A model generated the notes under the pieces. It was not told the origin of the DNA. It saw only the letters and a program-made list of their open reading frames with translations, and did not search any database. A DNA stretch of 64,000 nucleotides from Candidatus Tayloriibacteriota bacterium (lineage in GTDB: Bacteria; Patescibacteriota; Minisyncoccia; Phycocordibacterales; PALSA-1337): positions 151,622-215,621 of the forward strand of contig JACRJP010000002.1 in assembly GCA_016215455.1 (NCBI GenBank), written 5' to 3'. Made by a program: the position numbers and the translations under genes. Shown in pieces: positions 38,214 to 48,077 of this stretch. Position 1 is the first letter of the stretch. Each line of letters begins with the position of its first letter.

Positions 38214-38238
38214 ATAAGCCCCTCACGGGGCTTTTTAG
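38214..38238 (+). terminator. Hairpin plus T-tract between SIMPL gene and secE
   Basis: AAGCCCC-tcac-GGGGCTT-TTTT. Confidence 0.5.
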
Positions 38239-38278
38239 TGACAATTTTATTAGTCGGTTACTCAATAAACTTCATACT

Positions 38279-38455
38279 ATGGGAATCACAGAATACATCA
38301 AAGAAACACGTGCTGAAATGAAACATGTTAGTTGGCCAACACGAAAGCAGGCAATCGTCTATTCAGTCATTGTCATCGTTATTTCAGTTGGTATTGCATT
38401 CTTCCTTGGTTTCTTTGACCTCATGTTTACGAAGCTTCTCCGTTTGTTTGCATAA
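38279..38455 (+). CDS. secE: Preprotein translocase subunit SecE (short form)
   Basis: IKETRAEMKHVSWPTRKQAIVYSVIVIVISVGIAFFLGFFD matches the SecE core (KVxWPTR plus one TM). Precedes nusG. Confidence 0.75.
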   Translation: MGITEYIKETRAEMKHVSWPTRKQAIVYSVIVIVISVGIAFFLGFFDLMFTKLLRLFA

Positions 38456-38472
38456 AATTTTCACTATCTATT

Positions 38473-39027
38473 ATGAATCCATCAATTAAACAACAGGCCG
38501 GCGGACAACGAAATTGGTATGCCATCCACACATATGCTGGCTACGAAAATGCTGTTGCTCGTAACTTGAAGCAGCGTATTGAATCTCTCGGAATGGAAGA
38601 TCGTATTTTTAGTGTCATTGTTCCAACAGAAAAGAAAATTAAGATTAAGGGAACTAAGCGTGTTGAAGAAGAAGAAAAGATTTATCCCGGATACATTCTC
38701 GTGGATATGATTGTGACAGATGATTCATGGTTCGTTGTTCGAAATACTCCTCGTGTAACTGGATTTGTCGGATCAGGTGTGTACCCAGTACCTCTTGCTA
38801 AGACTGAAGTAGATGCTCTGTTTGCACGAATGAATAATACTGATGTGAAGCATAAGATGGACTTTGCTCCTGATGATATCGTTAAGATTGTTGACGGCCC
38901 ATTTAAGGATTTGGAAGGGAAGGTTAGTGAAATTGATGACAATCGAGGCAAGATTAAGGTTCTCGTTGCAATGTTTGGTCGAGAAACTCCAGTCGAGCTC
39001 GACTTCTTGCAAGTAAAGAAGATCTAA
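38473..39027 (+). CDS. nusG: Transcription termination/antitermination factor NusG
   Basis: NGN domain (WYAIHTYAGYENAVARNL) and C-terminal KOW (VKIVDGPFKDLEGKVSEID). Confidence 0.85.
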   Translation: MNPSIKQQAGGQRNWYAIHTYAGYENAVARNLKQRIESLGMEDRIFSVIVPTEKKIKIKGTKRVEEEEKIYPGYILVDMIVTDDSWFVVRNTPRVTGFVGSGVYPVPLAKTEVDALFARMNNTDVKHKMDFAPDDIVKIVDGPFKDLEGKVSEIDDNRGKIKVLVAMFGRETPVELDFLQVKKI

Positions 39028-39095
39028 GGTACTCTACATTACACCTCAGCTTCTAGAGGCGTGCGCGAATTCTAGAAATAAACTAATCATTATAT

Positions 39096-39518
39096 ATGGC
39101 AAAGAAAGTAACAAAGAAACTAAAACTCGTCATTCCAGCAGGAAAGGCGAATCCAGCACCTCCAGTAGGTCCAGCTCTTGGTCAGGCCGGTGTTAACATT
39201 GGTGAATTCGTAAAGCGATTCAACGATGCAACTAAAGATATGATGGGAGATATTGTTCCTGTCGAAATATCAGTGTACGATGACCGAACATTTGATTTTG
39301 TTTTGAAGACACCTCCAGCATCAAGTCTTATTCTCAAGGCTCTCAAGCAAGAGAAGGGATCTGGTAAACCAAACACAAAGAAGATTGGTACTATCACTAA
39401 GGCACAACTTAAGGAGATTGCAGAAAAGAAACTTCCTGACCTCAACGCAACAGATATCGAACAGGCAATGAAGATTATCGCAGGTTCAGCTCGATCAATG
39501 GGGGTGGACGTTAAGTAA
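39096..39518 (+). CDS. rplK: 50S ribosomal protein L11
   Basis: [43 protein letters not shown]. Confidence 0.9.
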   Translation: MAKKVTKKLKLVIPAGKANPAPPVGPALGQAGVNIGEFVKRFNDATKDMMGDIVPVEISVYDDRTFDFVLKTPPASSLILKALKQEKGSGKPNTKKIGTITKAQLKEIAEKKLPDLNATDIEQAMKIIAGSARSMGVDVK

Positions 39519-39542
39519 GACAAAATAGATAACTATTTTAAA

Positions 39543-39575
39543 CAAAAACCGACTGAATGTCGGTTTTTGTTTTGT
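39543..39575. terminator. Bidirectional terminator between rplK (+) and the DHFR-like gene (-)
   Basis: AAAAACCGAC-tgaat-GTCGGTTTTT 10-bp stem flanked by an A-run and a T-run. Confidence 0.7.
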
Positions 39576-39582
39576 TGAAAAA

Positions 39583-40107
39583 TTAAGGAAGATGCTTTAC
39601 TTCAGGTGCTCCTGTATAGCGCACATTATACTCCAACAAAAGTGTACCTGTCGGAGTGGTCTCTGATGATTTTAGTTCAAGGTGAATATTACATGCTTCG
39701 TTAAAGAGTGAAATTCCTTTTCCAAACAAAAGAGGTTCGATCGTGAGATATATTTTCTGTACCACTTGTGCCTTTAGAAACATTGAGTAGATTTGTGAAC
39801 CGCCACAAATAGCTGCTTCAGTCGCCCCTTGTGCTTCAAGTTTTGCAAGAAGGGTATGAGGATCGTCTTGTGTGACAAGGGCACCTTCTAGTGTTTGATG
39901 GGTTCGAGAGTAGACAATATTGGTTCGTTCTTTGAGTGCGCGGGGTAGTGTTTTGTATGTTTGAGAGCCCATAATAACAATACCGGCCTGTCGGGTGAGC
40001 TCAACAAAGCGCTTTTTATCCTCTTTACTTGTCCAGAAAGCTGGGTGATTGCTGTCTTTTGCAATAAAGCCGTCTGCACTTACAGCTGCGATGATAAAAG
40101 TTTTCAT
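39583..40107 (-). CDS. Dihydrofolate reductase family protein (RibD C-terminal-domain type)
   Basis: MKTFIIAAVSADGFIAKDSNHPAFWTSKEDKKRFVELTRQAGIVIMGSQTY matches DHFR/RibD_C fold motifs. Start at the internal ATG. Confidence 0.6.
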   Translation of the reverse strand: MKTFIIAAVSADGFIAKDSNHPAFWTSKEDKKRFVELTRQAGIVIMGSQTYKTLPRALKERTNIVYSRTHQTLEGALVTQDDPHTLLAKLEAQGATEAAICGGSQIYSMFLKAQVVQKIYLTIEPLLFGKGISLFNEACNIHLELKSSETTPTGTLLLEYNVRYTGAPEVKHLP

Positions 40108-40191
40108 AGTAAAGTATAAAATTTTATAGTTGTCATCTATGACGACCCCTTTATGAGGAGTATACTTCATATTGAACATTAAAGAAAACCC

Positions 40192-40872
40192 ATGTCACGT
40201 ACCTATGAAGTAGAAATCAAAAGTTTGTTGGGCTCGAAGGAAAATGCTGATTCTCTTAAAAAAGGATTCATGAAAATGTATCCTACCGCAAAATTGGTAG
40301 GAGAGGAAAAGCAACTCAATCATTATTTCAATGCTCCAAGTGAATTTGCCACACTCAAAACAAATCTTCTTAAAGTCCTCCCTGAGGATAAAAAAGAATC
40401 TCTTGAGTATATTCTTACACAAGGCAAAAAGCTTTCAATTCGAACTCGTGATGCGAATGGAAAAGTACTCGTAGTTATCAAAGCGTCAGTAGGTGATGAT
40501 AGTAGTTCAAATGGTGTGAAGAGAATTGAATTTGAAGCAGTAGTGACAATGACTCTCGGTGAGCTTGATGATCTACTATTGGCTTCAGGATGTTCATACC
40601 AGGCAAAGTGGTCTCGAGAACGAGAAGAATATGAAGCAGGGGATATGCATATGTGCCTTGATAAAAATGCAGGATATGGCTATCTTGCTGAGTTTGAGAA
40701 GGTAACAAATGATGAAGCATCCCTTGATCGAGTCCGAGATGAGTTACTTGCTGTTATGAAGAGTCTGGATGTTGTAGAATTAGCACAGGATAGACTCGAG
40801 CGAATGTTTGCTCACTATAATGCACATTGGGCGGAGTATTACGGAACAGATAAGACATTTAATATAGAATAA
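40192..40872 (+). CDS. CYTH-like (triphosphate tunnel metalloenzyme) domain protein
   Basis: N-terminal YEVEIKSLL carries the ExExK signature of CYTH domains. 226 aa. Tentative call. Confidence 0.35.
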   Translation: MSRTYEVEIKSLLGSKENADSLKKGFMKMYPTAKLVGEEKQLNHYFNAPSEFATLKTNLLKVLPEDKKESLEYILTQGKKLSIRTRDANGKVLVVIKASVGDDSSSNGVKRIEFEAVVTMTLGELDDLLLASGCSYQAKWSREREEYEAGDMHMCLDKNAGYGYLAEFEKVTNDEASLDRVRDELLAVMKSLDVVELAQDRLERMFAHYNAHWAEYYGTDKTFNIE

Positions 40873-40883
40873 TTTCCCACGAC

Positions 40884-41474
40884 ATGTATCTCTCAGATAG
40901 TGATATTAAGAAGGCAGTAAAAAATGGTGATATAGTACTCAGTAATTTTGATGAGACTCGATTGCAACCTGCGAGTTATGACATTATTCTCGGTAATAAG
41001 TTTATTGTTTGGAATACCGAAAAGTCGACAGCGATTGATCCTGTAAATAAGATATTTCCTGAGACAAAGGAACTTATTATCCCTGATGATGGTTTTTTTG
41101 TACTCCATCCAGGTATCAGTATCCTTGGTACATCAGTAGATCATTTCGGTTCTGATAAGTATTTGATCCAATTGTCAGGAAAGAGTAGTCTCGCTCGAAT
41201 TGGTCTCATTGTTCACAATACTGCCGGACTTATCAATCCAGGACATTTCCTTAATATTACATTTGAGCTCTGTAACCTTAACCATATCCCTATCATCCTT
41301 CGCCCTAATATGCGAATTGGACAGATTACCTTCTCACAGCTCACCAATCCTCCAGTAAAGGATTACAAAACAACAGGGAGGTATCATGGGCGAGATTGGC
41401 AACACTTCGTTGACCCTAAGGAGGATGAAAAGAAGAAGGGTAAGAAAGTGATAGCAAAATCAAAGAAGAAATAA
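40884..41474 (+). CDS. dcd: dCTP deaminase (dUTPase superfamily) with Lys-rich C-terminal tail
   Basis: [37 protein letters not shown] matches the Dcd N-terminus. Tail ..[14 protein letters not shown]. Confidence 0.75.
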   Translation: MYLSDSDIKKAVKNGDIVLSNFDETRLQPASYDIILGNKFIVWNTEKSTAIDPVNKIFPETKELIIPDDGFFVLHPGISILGTSVDHFGSDKYLIQLSGKSSLARIGLIVHNTAGLINPGHFLNITFELCNLNHIPIILRPNMRIGQITFSQLTNPPVKDYKTTGRYHGRDWQHFVDPKEDEKKKGKKVIAKSKKK

Positions 41475-41488
41475 TTTACTCAACTACC

Positions 41489-42535
41489 ATGCCAAAAAAG
41501 ATCCAAAAGAAGGTACAGAAGAAGGTGATAAAAAAGGTACGATCAAAAAGTACAGGACGGCATCCTGAAGAACAATACCTTGATCTTCTAAAGGATATTT
41601 TGAAAAATGGTTTTGAGAAAAAAGAATTTAATACAGGTATAGCAATTAAGAGTGTCTTTGGTCGAATGATGCGATTCGATCTCTCAAAAGGTTTTCCTCT
41701 CCTTACGACAAAAAAGGTATTCATGAAAGGAATTATTCACGAACTCGTATGGTTTCTTCGAGGGGATACTAATATAAAATATCTTGTCGACAACGATGTT
41801 CATATTTGGGATGAATGGCCATATAAGGAATATAAGAAACTCATGGAAGCCGGTACGGTACCAGCTATGACTCAGCAGGAGTTCATCGCAAAGATAAAGG
41901 CGGATGAAAGTTTCTCAAAGAAATATGGTGAACTCGGTCCAGTGTATGGCCGACAGTGGAGACGATGGCCGGCATCTGATGGTCGAGAGATTGATCAGTT
42001 GGCATGGGCGATTGAAAAATCAAAGAAATATCCAGATCGTAAACATGTGGTGATTTCTGCATGGAATCCAGAATATGTATATGAAATGGCAAAACCAGGA
42101 ACATCAATGGCTATTCCTCCATGTCATACAATGTTTAATATCAACGTGACAAATGGAAAACTTTCTCTTTCTTTGTATCAAAGAAGTGCGGATACATTTT
42201 TGGGAGTGCCTTTCAATATCGCTTCATACTCATTGTTGGCGATGGTATTGGCACAGGTATGTGGATACAAAGTGGGGGATTTTGTACACATGTTGGGAGA
42301 CACACATCTTTACGGAAATCATTATGAACAAGCTAAAGAACAGTCAAAGCGAAAGCCACGACCATTTCCTACAGTAAAAATTAATCCAAATCTCAAGAAT
42401 ATTGATGATATTAAGTTCGAAGACTTCGAACTCGTAGGATACGACCCACATCCTCCGATTAAAGGTGAAATTACAGTTGTCGGTGGATTCAATGCGAAGG
42501 ATACAAAGAACTTTACATTTAAAGGTAAAAAATGA
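41489..42535 (+). CDS. thyA: Thymidylate synthase ThyA with Lys-rich N-terminal extension
   Basis: Catalytic [13 protein letters not shown] (PCH motif). FNIASYSLL. 348 aa. N-terminus [18 protein letters not shown]. Confidence 0.9.
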   Translation: MPKKIQKKVQKKVIKKVRSKSTGRHPEEQYLDLLKDILKNGFEKKEFNTGIAIKSVFGRMMRFDLSKGFPLLTTKKVFMKGIIHELVWFLRGDTNIKYLVDNDVHIWDEWPYKEYKKLMEAGTVPAMTQQEFIAKIKADESFSKKYGELGPVYGRQWRRWPASDGREIDQLAWAIEKSKKYPDRKHVVISAWNPEYVYEMAKPGTSMAIPPCHTMFNINVTNGKLSLSLYQRSADTFLGVPFNIASYSLLAMVLAQVCGYKVGDFVHMLGDTHLYGNHYEQAKEQSKRKPRPFPTVKINPNLKNIDDIKFEDFELVGYDPHPPIKGEITVVGGFNAKDTKNFTFKGKK

Positions 42536-42999
42536 GACATACCACCCTTGTTTTCTTGCTGCGCGATAAAGAAATTCTTCTAGCGATGAAGAAACAAGGT
42601 TTTGGTATGGGAAAGATGAATGGAGTAGGGGGTAAGGTAGAACCTGGGGAAGATATTGTTGTAGGCGCTGCACGTGAAGCACAAGAAGAAATAGGTGTAA
42701 CGATTGATGTGTATGATTTGGAAAGAGTTGCTGTTAATACATTTGAATTCCAAGAAAAACCTGAATGGAATCAAGAGTGTCATATTTTCTTTGCTCGAAA
42801 ATGGAAAGGGGAACCAGTTGAATCTGATGAGATGAAACCAGAGTGGATTTCACTTGCTGCTATACCATATGAACATATGTGGGCAGATGATAAGTTCTGG
42901 TTACCGCGAGCTCTTGCGGGTGAGAAATTAAAGGCACACTTTCTCTTTACAAAAGACGGAGTAATGACAGACACATATTCAGTAGAGACTCTCAAGTAA
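42532..42999 (+). CDS. NUDIX hydrolase (MutT-like)
   Basis: Nudix box [24 protein letters not shown]. Confidence 0.7.
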   Translation: MRHTTLVFLLRDKEILLAMKKQGFGMGKMNGVGGKVEPGEDIVVGAAREAQEEIGVTIDVYDLERVAVNTFEFQEKPEWNQECHIFFARKWKGEPVESDEMKPEWISLAAIPYEHMWADDKFWLPRALAGEKLKAHFLFTKDGVMTDTYSVETLK

Positions 43000-43472
43000 T
43001 TTTTATTACTGTACTTGGTGAGTATAATCTCTTGACGAAAAATGAGTTGGTGGTAGCATTCTACAGTGCAGGCAAAGTTTGACCACACACCTGCGCTCCT
43101 CCCCGTTCCTCCGCGGGAAGACGAGGATGGCTCTTCATAAAGAAAAGACGGACGTCACGACACATGGGTTTCAAGTTGGTGTGATCGTGATTAATCACAT
43201 ATTCGAGGATACCTCGAGCGTGCCCTAGTATGTCATGGATCTATCATAGGGGTTATTTGGGCCTTGTTCGACGAGAACCCCGGACCATCTAGGTGTGATT
43301 GTAGTACGGCGTTACCTGGGCTAATCGTGCTTCATCTTCCGTGCTAGTTTTCTTTTACCACCTCGTCATTGAGGCATGGCACCGCTGTAGAGCTCCGTCT
43401 CTCTGCACCGGTGCCTGTTTTTATTTATCCCACATGTTTTCCCTCAAAGAGCCAATATGTTACACTACCGAC

Positions 43473-44654
43473 ATGAAAGACACCCAGATCAAAAAACTGA
43501 TTGATACTGAAAAAAAGCGTCAAAAGAGCGTTATTAACCTCATTGCTTCAGAAAATTATGTATCTCAAGATGTACTTGATGCTTTGGGTTCGGAATTGAC
43601 GAATAAGTATGCTGAAGGGTATTCAGGGGCTCGTTACTATGGAGGAAATGAAATAATCGATAAGGTTGAGGATCTCTGCTGTGAGCGAGCACTCAAGCTT
43701 TTTGATCTTAATGAGAATGAATGGCATATCAATACTCAACCCCTCTCAGGTTCTCCTGCGAATCTTGCGGTATACGTTGGTCTTGTTCCTCAGGGTGCAA
43801 AGATTATGGGAATGTCACTCGATCACGGAGGACATCTTACACACGGTTTTAAGGTTTCTGCTACTGGAAAATTTTGGACACAAGTTCCATATGGAGTACA
43901 AAAAGAAACTGAACTTCTTGATTATGAAGCCCTCAAAAATCTCGCAATAGCAGAAAAGCCTGCCATTATTGTCGCAGGATATACTGCGTATCCTCGAAAG
44001 GTTGATTGGAAAAAGTTTAGAGAAATTGCAGATGCAAGTGGCGCACTCCTCATGGTCGACATGTCGCACCTTGGGGGACTTGTTGCGGGTAAGGTATATC
44101 CATCACCATTTCCATATGCTGATATTGTGACTACAACAACGCATAAGACACTCCGAGGTCCAAGAGGTGCACTTATATTTGTTCGTAAGGATGAACGAGG
44201 TCTTGATAAGAAAATAGATAAAGCTGTTTTTCCAGGTCTTCAGGGTGGTCCACACATGAACCAAACAGCAGCAATTGCTGTAGCTCTTAAGGAAGCTTCA
44301 ACCCCAGCTTTCAAAAAGTATGCCGGTCAAATTTTAAAAAATGCTACTGCGTTAGCAGCTGAACTTTCGAAGCGTGGTTGGAGAATTGTTTCTGGTGGTA
44401 CGGATTCTCATTTGATCCTCGTTGATACATGGATGAATGGCGCGGGTATTTCTGGAAAAGAAGCGAGTGATCGTCTTGAAGCTGCTGGAATTATTGTGAA
44501 CAAAAATACTATCCCATTTGATTCTCGATCACCAGTGGATCCTTCAGGAATTCGCCTTGGAACTGCCGCAGAAACTACTCGCGGAAAGAAAGAAAAAGAT
44601 TTTAAGAAAATTGCAGAAAAGATTGATCAAGTTTTGAATGCTAAGAAGAAGTAA
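43473..44654 (+). CDS. glyA: Serine hydroxymethyltransferase
   Basis: LIASENYVSQDVLDALGSELTNKYAEGY. PLP-lysine region TTTTHKTLRGPRG. Start at the internal ATG; the ORF-track 5' extension at 43341 is unsupported. Confidence 0.9.
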   Translation: MKDTQIKKLIDTEKKRQKSVINLIASENYVSQDVLDALGSELTNKYAEGYSGARYYGGNEIIDKVEDLCCERALKLFDLNENEWHINTQPLSGSPANLAVYVGLVPQGAKIMGMSLDHGGHLTHGFKVSATGKFWTQVPYGVQKETELLDYEALKNLAIAEKPAIIVAGYTAYPRKVDWKKFREIADASGALLMVDMSHLGGLVAGKVYPSPFPYADIVTTTTHKTLRGPRGALIFVRKDERGLDKKIDKAVFPGLQGGPHMNQTAAIAVALKEASTPAFKKYAGQILKNATALAAELSKRGWRIVSGGTDSHLILVDTWMNGAGISGKEASDRLEAAGIIVNKNTIPFDSRSPVDPSGIRLGTAAETTRGKKEKDFKKIAEKIDQVLNAKKK

Positions 44655-44670
44655 TATCTAGTTTTATCTA

Positions 44671-46344
44671 ATGATTAGTGATCTTACACCAACACAATTT
44701 AATGACCTCGCCGAGATTCTCTTTCCTGATGTTAAAGAAGGAGTTGATGCATACGAAGCAAAATTTCCTGAAAGAAATATCGATGGTGCTCCAGTAACTC
44801 GATTTTGTCCAAGTCCAACAGGTGTAATGCACATTGGTGGAGTTTTTGCTGCACTTATTTCAGATCGTATAGCGCACGCACATCCAAAAGGTGTATTTTA
44901 TTTGCGCATAGAAGATACTGATCAGGGACGAAAAATAGAAGAAGCATACGATGGAATCTATTCTGCAATGCGAAGTTTTGATGTACAGGTCAATGAAGGA
45001 ATTGATGGAAAGGGGAGCTATGGTCCGTACGTGCAATCAGAAAGACTTGATATCTATCGAGCCTTTACTAAAGAGTTGGTTCGATTAGGTCATGCATATC
45101 CATGTTTTTCTACTCCTGAAGAACTTGATGAAATTCGTAAGAAACAAGAGGCTCTTAAACTTCGACCAGGATATTATGGAACATGGGCAGTTGGTCGAAA
45201 GAATTCTTTTGCTGATATTACAAAAAATATTTCTGAAAAAAAGCCGTACGTTATTCGACTTCTTTCACGTGGTTCAGATAAGAATCAGAGAAAGTATAAT
45301 GATCTCATTAAGGGCGAAATTACGGTAACTGAAAATGATCAGGACAGTGTTCTCATTAAGTCTGACGGTTTTCCTACGTATCACTTAGCACATGTTGTTG
45401 ATGATCATTTAATGAAGACGACACTTGTGTTGCGAGGGGATGAATGGGTATCTTCACTTCCACTTCATCTTGAGCTCTTTGCGGCATTCGGTTGGAGTGT
45501 TCCTTCGTATGCGCATATTGCACCAATCTTAAAGCAAGATGGAGTTGGACGACGTAAACTTAGTAAGAGAAAAGATCCTGAAGCAGCAGTGAGTTACTAT
45601 GTTGATCAGGGGTACCCTACAGATGCTGTAATTGAGTATCTTCTTAATATCGCAAATTCTGACTTTGAACCATGGAGAGCTGCAAATCTCATATTGCCAA
45701 ATTCTAAGTTTCCTTTACGTCTTGAAAAGATGAGTAAGAGTGGAGCGTTGTTTGATCTCAAGAAACTTGATGATGTGAGTAAAAATATTGTTGGTCGAAT
45801 GAGTGCTGATGAAGTCTATCAACATGTTCGAGTATGGTCACAAACTCGTGATACAGAACTACATGATCTTTTTGGTAAAGATGAGGTATATACACGTGCG
45901 GTACTTAACATTGAAAGAGGTGGAACAACGACTCGTAAAGATATTGGAAAATGGAACGATGTTCGTGAAGCAGTTGGATATTTCTTTGATGATGTATATG
46001 CTGATCTAAAAAGTAAGCTTGATATAGCTACAACTCTTCCTGCGAGCGTAACAGTCGAACAGTGTAAAGCTTTATTATCTGAATACGCGGGAGTGTATGA
46101 TGCAAACCTTGATAAAGTTACTTGGTTTGAAAAATTAAAAGAATTTGCCGGAGCTCACGGGTTTGCGAAGGATACAAAAGAGTTTAAGGCTGATCCGAGT
46201 AAGTTTAAGGGGTCAGTAGGGGATATTGCAATGCTACTTCGACTTGCTCTGACAACAAAGACAAAAACGCCTGATCTTCATGAAACAATGAAGGTTATGG
46301 GTGTTGATCGAGTCAGTGCACGTCTCAAAGGGTTTATTGCGTAA
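44671..46344 (+). CDS. gltX: Glutamyl-tRNA synthetase
   Basis: RFCPSPTGVMHIGG (HIGH) and KLSKRK (KMSKS). 557 aa. Confidence 0.85.
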   Translation: MISDLTPTQFNDLAEILFPDVKEGVDAYEAKFPERNIDGAPVTRFCPSPTGVMHIGGVFAALISDRIAHAHPKGVFYLRIEDTDQGRKIEEAYDGIYSAMRSFDVQVNEGIDGKGSYGPYVQSERLDIYRAFTKELVRLGHAYPCFSTPEELDEIRKKQEALKLRPGYYGTWAVGRKNSFADITKNISEKKPYVIRLLSRGSDKNQRKYNDLIKGEITVTENDQDSVLIKSDGFPTYHLAHVVDDHLMKTTLVLRGDEWVSSLPLHLELFAAFGWSVPSYAHIAPILKQDGVGRRKLSKRKDPEAAVSYYVDQGYPTDAVIEYLLNIANSDFEPWRAANLILPNSKFPLRLEKMSKSGALFDLKKLDDVSKNIVGRMSADEVYQHVRVWSQTRDTELHDLFGKDEVYTRAVLNIERGGTTTRKDIGKWNDVREAVGYFFDDVYADLKSKLDIATTLPASVTVEQCKALLSEYAGVYDANLDKVTWFEKLKEFAGAHGFAKDTKEFKADPSKFKGSVGDIAMLLRLALTTKTKTPDLHETMKVMGVDRVSARLKGFIA

Positions 46345-46358
46345 AAGTTACATTCACG

Positions 46359-48077
46359 ATGAAAAAGATTATCCAAGAACATATTGAAAAAGCCCTTACA
46401 AAACTCGGTGCAACCGATGTGAGTTTTGTGGTTGAACATCCCGCTGATCTCGCTCATGGTGATTTTGCTACAAATGTCGCTTTATCTGCTGCAAAAAAAC
46501 TTGGCAAAAAGCCGCGCGAAGTCGCTGATCTTATTGTTGCAGAACTTACTGTTTCATTACCTGTTGGTGTGTCTGAAAAGGTAATAGCAATTGAAATTGC
46601 TGGTCCTGGTTTTATTAATTTCCGTTGCAGTGTTTCAGTATTTGTTACTGACCTAACTCGAATTATTTCAGAAAACAAGATGTATGGAAGTGTTGTCGAA
46701 CGCAAAGGACAGAAAGTGATGGTTGAATTTACCGACCCGAATCCTTTCAAGATTTTCCATATTGGACACCTCATGTCGAATACTATTGGTGAAGCAATTG
46801 CACGCATAATGGAATCATCAGGTGCAGAAGTTGTTCGTGCATGTTACCAAGGAGATGTCGGACTTCATGTAGCTCGAACTATGTGGGGTATTTTGCAGAA
46901 TAAGGATAAGTTTCCAAAAGAATCGGTATCACTTGTTGATCGAATTAAGTTTCTTGGAGATATGTATGTAATCGGTGCAAATATCGAAACTCCTGAAGCA
47001 CTTGCAGAAATTGCTGTGCTTAATAAAAAGATTTTTGAGAAAAGTGATTCAGAAATTAACGAGTATTACACTAAAGGCCGAACCTGGAGTCTTGAGTATT
47101 TTGAGACAATATACAAAAAACTTGGTACAAAGTTTGTCCACTACTTCTTCGAAAGCGAAGTGGCTGATGAGGGGGTACGTATTGTACGAGAATTTTTAAA
47201 GAAAGATATATTTGAAGAAAGTGATGGGGCTATTGTTTTTAAAGGTGAAGAATTTGGTCTTCATACACGTGTTTTCATTAACTCTCAAGGGTTACCTACC
47301 TATGAAGCGAAGGAAATTGGTTTGAACAAGAGAAAGTTTGAAGTGGAACCAACTCTTACCGAATCGATTATCATCACAGCTAATGAACAATCTGACTATT
47401 TTAAGGTGTTACTAAAAGTTTTTTCTCTTGTGTATCCAGAGATTGCTGCGAAGACAAAACATTTCAGTCACGGTATGCTCCGTTTTGCTTCAGGCAAAAT
47501 GTCTTCACGAAAGGGAAATATCATTGCAGCTGAAACTCTTATTACTGATGTAGAGAATTTAGTCCTTGAGAAAATAAAAGATCGTGGATTTGATGCAGAG
47601 GTTACTCAGCAGATTGCGTATGATGTTGCTGCTGCTGCGATTAAGTATTCAATTCTTCGACAGTCTGTCGGAGGTGATATTATCTACGATGTTGCAACCT
47701 CAGTTTCATTCGAAGGGGATTCAGGTCCTTACTTACAATATTCATGTGTCCGAGCTCGATCTGTTGTCGGGAAAGCACAGGAAATTGGAATCAAACCTGT
47801 GATTGATCTACAAGTACGGGAGGTTTCACCTCTTGAAAAGATGATGGTTCGTTACCCAGAAATTCTCGAACGAGCTCGTACTGAGTATGCTCCACACTAC
47901 ATTGTGACGTATCTTACTGAACTCGCATCAGCTTTTAATGCATATTACGCGGAGAATAAGATTATTGATGCAACAGACACTACTTCAGCACATAAAGTTG
48001 CTGTCACTCAGGCTTTTGCTCAAATAATGGAAAATGGTCTCTTGGTTATTGGTATTCGAGTACCAGCGAAGATGTAG
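46359..48077 (+). CDS. argS: Arginyl-tRNA synthetase
   Basis: HIGH-region FTDPNPFKIFHIGHLMSNTIG. C-terminal anticodon-binding DALR-like domain. 572 aa. Confidence 0.85.
   Translation: MKKIIQEHIEKALTKLGATDVSFVVEHPADLAHGDFATNVALSAAKKLGKKPREVADLIVAELTVSLPVGVSEKVIAIEIAGPGFINFRCSVSVFVTDLTRIISENKMYGSVVERKGQKVMVEFTDPNPFKIFHIGHLMSNTIGEAIARIMESSGAEVVRACYQGDVGLHVARTMWGILQNKDKFPKESVSLVDRIKFLGDMYVIGANIETPEALAEIAVLNKKIFEKSDSEINEYYTKGRTWSLEYFETIYKKLGTKFVHYFFESEVADEGVRIVREFLKKDIFEESDGAIVFKGEEFGLHTRVFINSQGLPTYEAKEIGLNKRKFEVEPTLTESIIITANEQSDYFKVLLKVFSLVYPEIAAKTKHFSHGMLRFASGKMSSRKGNIIAAETLITDVENLVLEKIKDRGFDAEVTQQIAYDVAAAAIKYSILRQSVGGDIIYDVATSVSFEGDSGPYLQYSCVRARSVVGKAQEIGIKPVIDLQVREVSPLEKMMVRYPEILERARTEYAPHYIVTYLTELASAFNAYYAENKIIDATDTTSAHKVAVTQAFAQIMENGLLVIGIRVPAKM

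Noticed and set aside
43237-43275. tmRNA-like 5' motif GGGGUUAUUUGGGCCUUGUUCGACGAG (compare tmRNA GGGG...GGAUUCGACGGG)
   Set aside because: A tmRNA running rightwards from here would have to extend about 350 nt into the glyA coding region. No tRNA-like T-arm or CCA 3' end (GGTTCGA..CCACCA) is present downstream.
43290-43330. RNase P RNA-like element CCAGGTAACGCC on the minus strand
   Set aside because: None of the other universally conserved RNase P blocks is present nearby (GGAAAGUCCGGGCUCC, AGGGUGAAA..GGUAAGAGCGCACC, ACAGAAACCCGGCUUA). An isolated 12-mer match is not enough.
43341-43472. 5' extension of glyA given by the ORF track (MLVFFYHLVIEAWHRC...)
   Set aside because: SHMT begins about 20 aa before the LIASENY block. 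The internal ATG at 43473 fits, and the upstream extension has no homology-like features and lies in the GC-rich structured region.
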